Part shown: in pieces, positions 13,311 through 26,634 of the stretch
Layout of the letters: each line of letters begins with the position of its first letter
Numbering within the stretch: the first letter of the stretch is position 1
Assembly: GCA_012295275.1 (NCBI GenBank)
Contig: CM022671.1
Span: 26,846,001 to 26,910,000 of the forward strand
Reading direction: 5' to 3'
Length of the DNA: 64,000 bases
DNA from: Chrysomallon squamiferum
Lineage: Eukaryota; Animalia; Mollusca
Position numbers and translations under genes: made by a program
The notes under the pieces: model-generated
What the model saw: the letters and a program-made list of their open reading frames with translations, nothing else
Database searches by the model: none
What the model was told of the DNA's origin: nothing

Positions 13311-16300
13311 AATAAATAAATAAATAAATGAATAATCATAACTAAATTAATTAATTAAAAACACAGATTACTCACCAAATTCTACATAGGAATAAAAACC
13401 TAAAGAAAACAAAACGGCAGCAAGCTGGAAGTTTAAACCCTGTGAAAATAGTTATAATAATAAATGAATAAATAAATTAAAAAATTAAAAATCAAAATCA
13501 ACAATAATATAAAATATTTTAATCATGTAAACAAAAGGCGTGTAAACATGTAACATCTATTTTAAAATAATAATAATAAAAAAAACAATAATAATTTATT
13601 AATAATAATAAATAATCAAATTAAATTAAAAATAATAAAAACAATGTAAATTAAAAAATATTGTGTAATTGTTTTGTTCTTTAATATAGTAGTAATTTCA
13701 ATAATTTAAAGACAAAACATTTTTTATTAAGTAAATATAAAATCTTTCCATCATGCACATATATAATCTGTCGTTAACATAAATATAAGTTCTCTCAGTC
13801 TCATAAATGTTAACTTTTTGAAATCATACAAAGAAAATATTGCCTATTAACAATGTTGTTATGAAAAATTATTATTAAGACAGAAGATATAACTGACATG
13901 ATGTTAATGCTTAATTACATGTGAATTTCCTTTTAGAAAGTTTAACCTTAAATCAATTAAATATATAATTTGAAAACATAAAGAAAACACTCAAATTTCT
14001 TCATAAAATACCAAAAACAAACAAGCACTGTAATAAAAAAGTTAAAAAATTATTGAAAAATTTTAAATAGCTTTTCTCACATGTACAACTTACATGTAAC
14101 AATGCACTGAAAGCATAGGTGCTCAAAATGGCAACAAAATTACCCAGTGGTCTTGCAGTCTTAAAAACATCTAAATGAAAAAAATATATATATAAAATAA
14201 TAATAATGAAATAAAATATAAATTAAGTTTGAAAAGAAAATCAATTTCTTAAAATGTCTGCAAAATTATACATAAACAAGAGAATTACATGAAACAAAAA
14301 TATAAAAGAAAATTAAAAATAATAGAGTTTAAAGATTTAGAAAATTAGCTCCCTTTACTGCTAGCTCTTGTAAATGTGAGTACAATAAACCAGCTTACAT
14401 GTTTTAAGCCAGTAATGCATTGGCAGATTCCAATTTGTAACAACTTCAACCAGTGATCGTGGAATCTCAGTAGAGAATGGTTTGGATACTTGTAAATCCC
14501 TTAAAAATAATAAATAAAGAAGTATGTCAGTATGAGAATAAATAAATAAAAATAAAAAAGTGAAAAATAAAAATTAAAAGAGTATAATTAAACTTCAAAA
14601 TTTAAATTTACATAATATAAAAATATAAGATGAATTCTAATTTAACAGATACAGGTTTTGTGTTGTTATTTTCTAAATAAAATAAATGATTATTTTCATT
14701 ATTTTTTTATTTTTTTTATATTTTTATTGTAAGATAAAATGTAGCATGATCAATAAAAACAAATTCAAACCAAATGCAATTATAGGATGACAGAACAGCA
14801 ATAGAATAGCAATATCATTGTTAATGTGTTACATAACAACCAATATTTCCATTATAATTGTTAAATGTTTTATGTACCAACCAATGTTTTCATCATCATT
14901 ATTATATATTTTACATACCAACTGATATTTCCATTATCATTGTTGTATATTTTCCATACCAACTGATATTGCCGTTATTATTGTTATATATTTTACATAC
15001 CAACTGATATTTCCATTATCATTGTTATATGTTTTACATACCAATTGATATTTCCACTGTCATCTCTGAAGCCAATGCCAGACAGAACTGCTGTTGTTTC
15101 AGACAAGAAACTCACAAAGTAATGACTGAATCGGAATGACATAGCATCTCCATACGCTCTCAGCCACCTAAGCATAAACAAATAAAAATTAAAAGAAATT
15201 GAATAAAAAAAGTTTTAAAATGAATGGCTGAATTAGTATATAAAAGAATAAAAATTAGGGGCATGTAAAAACAAAAAGGTAAAGTAATGTATGGATGCAT
15301 AAACATTTGAAGTATGTATAAATAAAAAGGTGAATGAATGACTGAATTATTTAGTAAATAAATAAAAATGAAAAATCTATAGAAAGAAATCTACAGAAAG
15401 GACCTTAACATATATAAACTTCTGTAAGAATATATCAGTGACTAACATAAAAATGGACTGAAAATGGTAGAAGAACAAAGACAGACATACTTGTTGAAAT
15501 CTTCTAGAATGACCCACTGGATGAAGCATGTGGAGACAATGAGACAAAAGAAAGACAGGATGGTACTTTTTATTAACTTCAGGATCCAACCTAAAGACTG
15601 AAATCCAAATCAAGAAAGATGATATAATTTAAAAATTAAAATAACTGGAAATAAAATTTGAAAAGATGTCAGAATGGAAACGTTTGGTTTTTGTTAGATA
15701 TTAACAGTAAAACAGTTGGTATGATAAAAAAATTATCAAATGTAAGAAAACACATGTATGTATATTGTAAAATCTCTCAATTTAGAATGCAATTTTTTTC
15801 AAGTATCACTTTGTTTCAAAGGAAGATTGAAGTCCTAACTGTTTCTTTATATAAACTTGTGTTCACATATTGAGCTATGCTGTGTCTTAAGTTATAATAT
15901 CAAACATCTGGGTTTTTTTTTATAACAAGGATGTTAATTAATTATGAATCATTTAATACATTCAAAAGAGTTTCAAACTTTTCTCTTGTACTCCTCTGCA
16001 TTATATCTAAAAATGGCAAGCAGTTGACTTTTGGCAGAATTCTTAAACTTTCTTATTATCTCTCAGACAAAATTGTTTCCACTTGTATAGAAATTCAAGA
16101 AATATAGTGTATTTTTATAAATTACATTTATTTGAATGTGTTTTAGTTATGTAATATTGATAGACAATGAACTTTCCCTGAAAATAATTATTCCAAAAGA
16201 TCTTAGATTTTCAGAGTTTATGTTTGAATAATATTTATATATTTCTATTTTATTTTTTAATATATATCTGTGTGTGTGTGTATATATATATATATATGTA

Positions 16301-17987
16301 TTATAAAAATAAAAATAAATAAATATTATTATGTTGTGGTTACTTTCTATAACTTAACAGCAGCAATATCAAAACTGTTTGCTTAATATTAATATACAGA
16401 TTAAAATTTGGATATAAAAACAGAAAGAAAATTAATAACAATAAAAGGCAATATTAAATTAGTGAACAGTGTAACAGAAACCAAAATAAACATACCAGAA
16501 ATTAGTAAAATATCAATATTTGTTATTTAAAATAATAAAAATGTCAACATTTGCAGAAAAAAAAAAAAGAAAAAAAAAGAACAAAACATTAAAAATTAAG
16601 ATTTAAACAATTTACACATTCAAAACATTATAATTAAATATTTGAAAAGAGACAAAAAGAAAAAAAAAAAAAAATCTTACAAAATTGTTTCTGTTTGGTT
16701 GTAAAATAGCAATATATTCCTTGTATGAAATCCATGGACCAAATATCACAGTTCCCACATTTAGGCAGTAGCCAAGATATTCAAATATAGTTGGAAGATC
16801 AATAATAGCACCACTGGCAAAGTCAAAAGCCAGAGAAATGATCTTCATAGAAAGAATCATTTGAGCACCTGATATAAAAACAAATAATAAGAAGAAGAAG
16901 TAGAAGAAGAAAATAAAATAAAATAAAATAAAATAAAATAAAATAAAATAAAATAACAAACAAAATTATGAATACAGAATAACTATATGGTATGAATATT
17001 ATTTTTTTAATTAATATTTTTTTTTTTTTTTATCTAATTTTGATTGTTATTATTAATTCACAAACAGGCCTATAACTTTATAAGAGAACTTTAGGTGAGT
17101 TGGGGTCAGTCACAGAAAAATTCAATGTTTGGACTGTTTCAAGTTCTAACCAGTAACTCAAAATTTTCTAAATCAAAAGATGTGGTATTAGATTTACTTT
17201 CTATTGGAAACTGCTCTATGAAATACTCTATGAAGATAACTAATAACACCTGACATATTACAAAATAGACAAGTTTTCCCTTTGTGCCATTATAGAACTT
17301 TTTTTTAAAGAATTTTGTAAAATAGCTTGTATTAAAAACCATAATTTCAAAAGTTTTTTTCATAATTTAATATTTTAATACTGTCATGGCCATAACTAGA
17401 TTCTCTTTGAAATGAGGCAAAAACACTTAATCACCAAGCTGAGTGTAACAAGGGGTCTGGAGGCTAAATGACAATTAACACTGCATCAGGGCAAGAACCA
17501 AGCTAACTATGAAAAGGATGCTGTATGCCTTAAATCCTCAGGTGTTTGATAAACCTGTTTGATGTCTGGTGTCTTTGAAGTCAGTTATGTCTTTCTTTGC
17601 AACAATTCATTCAGTGGATATCATTTCTATTGGTATGGAGATTTATATTTGTTATTTATAAAATATATTTAAAAAAGGTCAAAACAGAAGAAAAAAAAAA
17701 GGCAATTTCGTTATGAGGCATTTGTCCTCATTTGCCTCAATGTAGTTATGGCCATTACTGTAAATTATATCTCACCACGTATCATATGCCAGGTTTTACT
17801 CTGAACAACAATCAGTTCACTGAAATAAAAATATGAGAAGAGAAAATAATTTTAGAGTATTCTGCAAAAACATACTAGAATATTCAAATTATATGTTCAA
17901 CAAAAACTGAACAGCTAACCATTCAAAAGAGGACTAACACAGCAACATTCCTTCATGAAAGGTAATATCTTGTGTTTTAAAATGTAA

Positions 17988-18025
<38 letters not shown>

Positions 18026-19290
18026 ATCAATGAAAATAAGATTTAAGATGATAAAAATAAAAATGAACACAGTTTTTATTATGAACACAAACATTAGAAT
18101 TGAGATCATTAAAAATATTTATTTATATTACCAGCAATTATTATATATTACTTTTTTTTTTTTTTTTTTAAAGTAAAATAATAATTTACTTCTTATAAAC
18201 AAAATATTTACAAATATATAAATTTTTTTGAATATTACCAAATGATAATAAAGAGGGCAACAAAAGCAGCTATCACAAATCCTGACAGATGGCGCCACCT
18301 GACTCTGAGTAAAGAAAGGAGGAAATAAGTGAGCCCAGAACAAACCACAAGGTACAGCAGTGTGATTTGGAAGAAATTATGTAACACCATTAATCCAAAC
18401 ACTGCACTGCTCATGTGTATAAACCAGGCTGGAATTCCTGTTTGTGGTGATGCTAGAAAAATAAAATAAAATAAAATTTAAAATAACCAAACAAAAAAGA
18501 AAAACCTTTATCAACAAAGAGATAAACTTTTCATTTGGTTATTCTAGATTTACATTTATATTTGATATATAAAGTCATTTGATACTTTTCTTTAAACTGA
18601 AAAAATGAAATATGCTAACATATATCAAAATTCTAAAACATTATCAGCATGTAACTATTACTGTATTTTTATTTTTGATTATTACCATTATTATTATTAT
18701 TTTTTTTTTTTGCATTAATGTTTTGAGATGATTTTAATATATAGAAATTTTATCAGGTAACCTTTAATATACCATTCACAACTTTTAATTCTTATATAAA
18801 GTTTGAATAAATGAATTTTAAAACAAAACAACAAAGAAAAATAAATAAAAAATAAAATAAATAAATAAATTAAAATAAATAATCTGTCTATATGATTTTA
18901 CAGTTATTTAATGGCTCATCTACTCGTTCATACACACTTCAATAAATCAATTTTAAAACAATGAAAAAAACAAATTACTTGTAATTTTTTTTACTATTTT
19001 ACTTTTAAGTATTATCAACTTGCTCACCTACCCAAAGAACCAACTGAACAGATTATTCTGAAGATGAAACACATGACAAACAAGGAAACTGCATTCTGAC
19101 CAGCCTGTGACAGAGTTGGCAGTATACACTTGTGGATGAGATCTGTTAGAAGCACTGGTTCAATTTCCAAAGGCTGTTCAAAACCCTGGTTGTAAGCTGC
19201 CAATAACTGCTCCAACTCAGCATTATAATCATCCTCCTCAAAATAGTCCACCATATCATCATAATCGTTATAAATTAAATCTGGATCCAT
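11773..19290 (-). CDS. PORCN: Porcupine, Wnt O-palmitoleoyltransferase (MBOAT family), 489 aa
   Basis: 12 in-phase GT-AG exons: 19290-19032, 18452-18239, 17819-17776, 16868-16681, 15597-15491, 15167-15042, 14499-14399, 14170-14094, 13439-13376, 12952-12867, 12368-12264, 11871-11773 (total 1470 nt). Motifs [68 protein letters not shown] (catalytic His), FHLAYLG and FASHW. Confidence 0.96.
14825..15057. repeat. 41-bp minisatellite (6 copies) overlapping a PORCN exon-intron junction
   Basis: CATACCAACTGATATTTCCATTATCATTGTT-like units at 14832, 14873, 14914, 14955, 14996 and 15037. Confidence 0.9.
17381..17760. mobile_element. MITE (non-autonomous DNA transposon) in a PORCN intron
   Basis: Left end CTGTCATGGCCATAACTAGATT versus reverse complement of the right end CAGTAATGGCCATAACTACATT (19/22 match). 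TA flanks both ends; no coding capacity. Confidence 0.8.
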
Positions 19291-19623
19291 GGTCAATATC
19301 TAAAGATAAAGTTTAACATTTTTACTAAGACAGTTATTTATTTATTTTTTTCATTGTTTTATTTAATACAAATTAAAATGATTTTCCTATTTTTCAGTCT
19401 GTATTAAAACATTAGCTATCATAATATTAATATTATCCACCCACTACAAAATTTATATTATAAAAATATGTTACATCTTATAAAGTAAATAAATATATAA
19501 AATAAAACATGATTGTTTTTAAATGAAGAATAAAACAGTGACATGTAAAATCATTTTCATCAATTAAATTGTAGCCAAATCTATTTTTAAAAATCAATAT
19601 ACACTGTATTTTACAAAATTAAT

Positions 19624-19665
<42 letters not shown>

Positions 19666-20781
19666 TGTTAAGTAAAATAGAAAATACAGTATTGGCTGTT
19701 TAAAAATTCATAATAATTTCCTCACAATCCAGTCTGTAAAGCAATGATCATCAACAGACTAATTTAGTATTATTCAGTGTTACAGTTTATGAACAATTCA
19801 GCTGTATTGACCAATAATTGATTTACAAGTGGTATCCTGGCTTATGCTATTAGGATTACAAATACCTGTAATTAATGTGATAAATGCTAAAATAATCATT
19901 AAGAGAATGCCTTGTTATTGCATCAATTTATATCTCATCCCATTTTGAAAAAATAAAAAAAATTAAAAATATATATATATATATATATTTGCATCGAATT
20001 TCACATTTTCAATCTTTATAACGTTACTCTATAATAATTATATAAAATTAATTAATGTTTATTACTTGTAATAAAATGGATTTAAAAAATAAAAAAATGT
20101 ATTACAAATTATGGCATTATTATTTATTATTACATAATCAACATATTACCTTGGTAACTAATTGCAGAACATCGTCACATTAATACTACACTTCCCCTGT
20201 GTTTTAAAAATATATTTTGGATATCCTTATCATGTTTTATGTACGGAATAATGCACCAGTACTAGTAATAGTAGCCAAATACTCGAAACAGTAAATAGAC
20301 CGGTATTACTTTTTAGCTTTGTCGATACATAATGAAGACAACAAAATGCCATATATAATATTATTTTCGTTTCCGACTGCTTGTATGAAATATCCTTTAA
20401 GTTCTATTAGATCTTCAAAATAAAAATAATCTCTTCCAAATATTTGACAATTATTTTAAGATATTTATGGGAGCAGCCATATTGACTGCGTTTTTAAATT
20501 AATTTCCGCACAGCATTTTTGCAGCACCGATTAAGAAGTCTGTTACAAGATTTGTTTTTGAGACGAACAAACTTTATCATAATCGTTTTTGCCACAGTTT
20601 ATTAACAACAATAACAACAACAATAATTATAATAATAATAAAAAATAAATAAATAAAACCAACAAAAATAACTGAACGACAAAGACTTTTGTATGAAACA
20701 TTCAAAAATTGGATTTGGAAATACATTAAGGAGTACTTTGATTTAATATCATAATGTGCATTTAAATAATCGGCATACACG

Positions 20782-20835
<54 letters not shown>

Positions 20836-20839
<4 letters not shown>

Positions 20840-20880
20840 CAAATGAGGCAAATGCATCATGCCGAAATTGACGATCCTTT
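20836..20880 (-). mobile_element. Fragment of the same MITE family
   Basis: AGGCAAATGAGGCAAATGCATCATGCCGAAATTG matches the reverse complement of 17703-17737. Confidence 0.6.
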
Positions 20881-21097
20881 TTTATTTTTATTTTTTTATA
20901 TAGACATAGATTTAGTTCAGTGAGGTCTGTTTACAAGTTAAATGGAAGTAATCAATGATAAGTAAACCAGAAGCATTTAAATTTAAGGTCTATTTAAATT
21001 TTTATTGGGAGAAAATTGAATGAAAATCCAAAAAGATTTTTCCACAAAAAGAAACCACTTCAGAAATAACTAATTAAATACAAATCTTTAAAAAAAT

Positions 21098-21160
<63 letters not shown>

Positions 21161-22701
21161 GGAGTGTGTGTTTGTGTGTGTGCGTGAGTCTGAAATAATA
21201 CAAAATCATTTTTTTTTTTATTCGAACTGTTTTATTACAAATATTTTTCAACAATTTTACATGAAATTTATTAAAAGAACAAAGACAGAATGACAGCGAG
21301 AATGAAGACCAAAGTTTTAGAATAAGAAATATTATTTACATACAACGTGCTTTTTATTATGTACAATATATATAAAGAGAGAAACAAAATGTGGCCAATA
21401 ATGGAAATATAATCGATAATAATGTAATTTTCTTTCAGATTTTTTGTTGTTGATATTTCAACCAGCGTGTTGGTTTTCTTTAAAATTTTCCTCATAATTT
21501 CTCTTTTCCTGGTATTTTTTCTTTTCCTTAATATTCTTCCTTTCCTTTTTTTTCTTTCTTATTATTTTTTTTAAATTACAATCTTGAGTTTTTCCTTATT
21601 TAGGGTATTTACACATTTAGCTAGTTATGCAAATTCAGTCAGTCAGCTGGCATCATCTGAAATTTTAAAACAAAATATAACAGTTTATATATTAACTATT
21701 CATTTATAAATACCATTCATACATGCGTATTATTATTATTATTATCATCATTATTATTATTATTATAATTATTATTATTATTATTGTTATTGTTATTATT
21801 ATTATTATTATTATTATTAAAATTTTTTTTTTTTTACAGATACCAGACCGTTTATCCGGATTTAACAAAAGAAATTTAGAAGTGTATTAATTTCATTTTT
21901 TGTTTTATATTCTGTATTATTAAGCTTGGATAAAAAAAATAAAATAAAATAAAAATTTAAAAATGTTTAAAATGGAAAATCCAGAAATCCGGATTACCTC
22001 CGGCCCCAAGATTACCGGATAATTGGCTAGTGCTTGTATTATGAGAAAGTCAAATGCAATCAAATAGTTAAAAAAATTAATCAGCTTTTTTTTTTTTTTT
22101 TTTTTCTCCTTCTCTATCTTAAAATGGATGGGATAGTGTTAATGCGGTAATTTCCCTTAGATATCAGATTTCAGACACATGTAATTCACAAAATGAAATA
22201 ACTACACAGAAGGCCATAACCAGCAGGCCCCTTATTAGTAGGGTGATGCCAAGTGATGACATGCGCATTTAACAACCTAAACCTCGTGCTTCTGATCAAT
22301 AGGTGCCTTGTAATCAGCCAAAAAAATCAGAACTCTGATTCTCTCAACACTAATAAATTTGTCTCACTGTGCAAGTGTTAGAAATACTAGGTAGTCTTGT
22401 TACCAAATACGTTAACAATAAGATGTTACAGTCCCAGGAGTTTCTGGTTATCAGATAGTTGTGATATCCTACTTTTCTGGTTATTTAAATTATCTTTGAA
22501 CGATCATGAGTTAATGAACCAAGGTGATGTAAGTGTGTTGTTAATTAAACTGGTTAATCGTTGTCTGAATTTACAGTGTAAAATTGTGTTATATATTCAC
22601 GAAATAGAAAATATCACTGTCCTAATAATAATACTACTACTAATAATAATAATTGAAAAAAATTGAAATATATATATATTTTTTTAATTGTTAAGTTTAA
22701 C

Positions 22702-22705
<4 letters not shown>

Positions 22706-22768
<63 letters not shown>
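22706..22768. repeat. (GA)n microsatellite just downstream of the bHLH ORF
   Basis: Uninterrupted dinucleotide run. Confidence 0.98.
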
Positions 22769-22770
<2 letters not shown>

Positions 22771-22785
22771 TTTAACTATATTTAC

Positions 22786-23466
22786 CTACAATTGCTGTAA
22801 AAGTGGAGATGAACTGTTGGTGCCTAAAACACCTCCATTATTCCACGGAAAGACGAAGTACCCGACATGCTGACCAAACTCATCTTTGGTGAGAAGACTC
22901 CTGTCGTGTCTCCTTTCCAGTCTGTAGGCGTCGTTATGAATTTGGGATTTCGCTGGAGTATCGTGGCTGTACGAGTCTGCCGCGTTGTCGCAGTAGCCGT
23001 ATTTACACGCCAAAAGAGGTGGGGATTCCAGTTCTGGCGATTTCAATAAATAATGTTTTTCTAATTTTTTCCCACTGCGATTACCAACTGAACTATTTGC
23101 AAACCTTGGATCCATACCAAGCGTTCGGCGTTGAGCAGTACGGTACCTAGAAACAGAGCGCTCGTCAAGGATCTCAGACAGCGTGGAAATGTAATTGGTG
23201 GCAAGATTTAAAGTTCTGATTTTTGAAAGGCGACGGTGACACACCTGTAGCTGCGGCGGTAGGCAGCGTCTAAGGTTGTCCAAAGCGACGTTTAACTTCT
23301 GCATTCGACAGCGCTCCTGAGAATTGGCTGTCAAACGTTTGCTTTCTGTTTCATCCTCTGTCAAGTTATGCTTTGAAGAATTATTAAAACCGCCGCTAGT
23401 CTGCAATGAAGTATCAGTCAAGTATCCAGCATCAGTTTCATCAATTTCGTTTATCTCGGATAACAT
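22786..23466 (-). CDS. Group A bHLH transcription factor, Mesp/mesogenin-like (subfamily tentative)
   Basis: 226-aa ORF containing KRLTANSQERCRMQKLNVALDNLRRCLPPQLQVCHRRLSKIRTLNLATNYISTLSEIL. The ERxR basic region and LSKIxTLxLA helix 2 are clear, and the LRRxLPP loop has the same length as in Mesp. The 3' end may be spliced. Confidence 0.85.
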   Translation of the reverse strand: MLSEINEIDETDAGYLTDTSLQTSGGFNNSSKHNLTEDETESKRLTANSQERCRMQKLNVALDNLRRCLPPQLQVCHRRLSKIRTLNLATNYISTLSEILDERSVSRYRTAQRRTLGMDPRFANSSVGNRSGKKLEKHYLLKSPELESPPLLACKYGYCDNAADSYSHDTPAKSQIHNDAYRLERRHDRSLLTKDEFGQHVGYFVFPWNNGGVLGTNSSSPLLQQL

Positions 23467-24604
23467 ATTTTTGTGTTTTCTTTCTTTAAAACTTGATACT
23501 TTCTTCTTCTTCTTCTTCTTCTTCTTTTTAACTTTAAGTAAATCTGATATTTTGGTAAAAAAAGAACTTCTCGAGATAAATGATTTCGTTCATTTAACGT
23601 CTGCTTTTTCTTAACTCAGAATACAGCCTTAAGTAATTAGCACAGAAAATTTTATTACGCAAGAATTAACCAATCGCAAAACGGCACAAGGCTGCCGTAG
23701 GAAAAGTAATTCTGTGACAAGTATCTGCGACTAAATGGCGGGGTACTTAGTTAACATGGAGGTGCTAAACACTGACTACGAAGATTGTCTGGCTCCATGC
23801 TAAGAAGACACTCTGACAAATGTCCGTTCTGAAAAGACTCATGTTTCCGATTTGAAGATTACGAATGTTTATTAATGACGAATTGTTAAACCATTCTTTC
23901 TCTGCCTCCCTAGAATAGTACAAAAAGTTAATTTAATGTTATAATATGTTTTCATGCAAGTTTTAATAAATAAATAAGACAAATAATAAAATAAAAATAA
24001 AACAATAAAAATTGAGGAACAAACTCTGTAAAATAAAATAAAAAAAATAAAATAAGTAATAATGATATAAAATAATAACAAACAAAAAAACAAAAAAAAC
24101 AAAATTAATAATAATAACGAAACAAAATTAATAAAATAATAATAATAAAAGCCACCTACCCTAAAATAGTATTACAGGTTAAAAGAAATCAGTAAGCCGA
24201 ATATATTAAATATTGTTTTTAAGCATGGATGGACAATTCTGATCTACTTAACGCATTGTGTCCGATTCCATCTACTCTTCCACTGTTTGTGCGTGCTTTC
24301 CTGTAATTTCTAAGGTATTTTATAAGAGACGCTACTTTAACTGATCATTATCATTCACCTATTTTATGAATAATATATCAACATACACTAGATACCTAAT
24401 ACACTCTTAATATGTATAATTATAAATATGTCATGAAACTAATTAATTCATTGATTCATCCATTTTCAACTTGAAAATGCTAATATTTATTTTCTTTTAC
24501 TTTCTGGTATTAAAACTTTAATTCTCAATTTCCAGACACTTTTTTCTTCTTCTTAAAATCAGTCTCGGTATTAATGGTGAGTATATAGGCCTATGGTTTA
24601 TTTT

Positions 24605-24647
<43 letters not shown>

Positions 24648-24732
24648 CCGAACCGTAAAATTGTTAAATATCAAAATCATGATGCTAATTAGTTGTTGAT
24701 ATTGTTATTATTATCATTAACATAAACATCAC

Positions 24733-24780
<48 letters not shown>

Positions 24781-25179
24781 AGTACATTGTTGTCACCTAA
24801 GAGTTTTACAATCTTTTACAAACCAAATTCTATTTCATTATAAATAAAATTTTTTTTTAAAAACAATCGGGGTTAAGAAAAATGTCTGTACATAGAAGGT
24901 GGCCGACATGGAAAAGTGTCTGTACATCTCAGGGTCCGCTAAGGAGAGATCTGCCCTAAACATAATGTCCTTACCCCTTTCAAAAGAGTTGAAAAGATTA
25001 TTCAGTTTAACAAAAGGAAACTGTATTTAAGAATAAAGGTGGGTAAATCATTATAGTGAATTTAAGTTTCAAGATAAAACAATTATCTTTATAAAGACTT
25101 AAAAAGTTAATAAAAATAAGTTAAAATAAATAAATAAATAAAAAAAATTACAAAAAATAAAATAAAATAAAAAATAAAA

Positions 25180-25218
<39 letters not shown>

Positions 25219-25793
25219 ATAAAGAAATAAAATATTTAAAAAATAAAATAAAGAAATAAAATAAAGAAGGGAAACAATGGAAGCTGTATTCTGTAAATAA
25301 ATTTTATTTCTCCTTTTTTAATGTTTTACAACATTTCAAATAAAAAATAAAAAGAGGAACTTAGAAGAAATCAAAACTCTAAATCATTTACATCTGACAC
25401 TGATTGACCATCACCCCGTTTCTTCGCCGGCTAGTTAATTCTGTAAACTGATAAAAACGACTCGAACATTTTTCGTTTATTAGCAATTTACGAAAACCGA
25501 GACTAATTGTGACGTATTCGGAGCACGCGCCAACAAAGATGCTGTTGTTCTGTGGCATCTGACGTAAACTTTAGCCGCTTCGTTTGAGTATGTAACAAAA
25601 ATTAAAAATTGAAATGGGTCTATTCAGGGGACGTGTGTGAAATTGACTATGTGTGCTTGTGCTTGAATGAATTTGTGTGTGTGCGTGTGCCTATGCATGT
25701 ATTAGTTTCTCTATGTATAGGCCTATGTAGTATATTCGAGAATCTATGCTTTATATCTGCACATATTTGTGCAACTGGTGTATTTGGATATAT

Positions 25794-25844
<51 letters not shown>

Positions 25845-25939
25845 TATAGATACACATTGTGGCATTTTTTTTTTTTTTTTTTAAATTACACAAAGATTTT
25901 ATTTAAAAAATATAAAATATAAAGGCCAGAATACAGAAT

Positions 25940-26053
25940 TTTGCATCTTTCAAGTTTGAGCTTCTTGGGGCCTTGCTAACATTTTTTAGCCGCGCTCTGC
26001 ACGGCGATTAAGTGTTTTTGCCTCATTTCAAAAAGAGTATTTATGGCGGCCAT
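25940..26053 (-). mobile_element. Fragment of the same MITE family
   Basis: Its reverse complement contains TTTGAAATGAGGCAAAAACACTTAATC, identical to 17406-17432, and ends in GGCCAT next to a (TA)n run. Confidence 0.75.
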
Positions 26054-26511
26054 ATATATATATATATATATAAAGTATGCCAGAGTTAGACCCTAACGTC
26101 AGACCTCTTTCGTCTTAAAATGAAGAGACCGATTTTATCAGCCCTGCGCGTCTGTACCTGTCTTTGCGCTGTATTAATTAGTCGAAGTTTTGAAAACAAA
26201 TGAAGAGAAAACTTTCCTGACAAAATTTATCCGACAAGCTTTGTTTTCATCTTAGTAGAATTTCTTCAGAGAAAAACTGTGGAAAAGACGAGTTTCAAAA
26301 CCCACACGATGTATGTACGAAGATGATTAGTTTTTCCTAAAACCCTGACAATACTCGAGTTAAGTTGATGATGGATGTGAAATTTGTTTTGCGAAAGCAC
26401 GAATTTTTTAATGGGGAATTACATTATGTACAAAATCGTACTTTCCGCCATTAGGATAATATATAAAATTCGAACATGATTTTCAGTCTCACTATTTCTC
26501 TCAACCTGAAA

Positions 26512-26551
<40 letters not shown>

Positions 26552-26634
26552 TGATAATGCCGAATTAAATTAGCCACGGTGTAACAACACGGCGTATGAC
26601 CAAATGACCATGTTGGTTCCTTCCGTTTGATTCT

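Noticed and set aside
19150-19290. Acidic N-terminal extension of PORCN, and Q in place of human H341
   Set aside because: An acidic N-terminus is known from Drosophila porcupine, and the catalytic His in SALLHG is intact.
21840-22035. Inverted TATCCGG/CCGGATA motifs suggesting a MITE
   Set aside because: The termini are too degenerate and no TSD could be defined.
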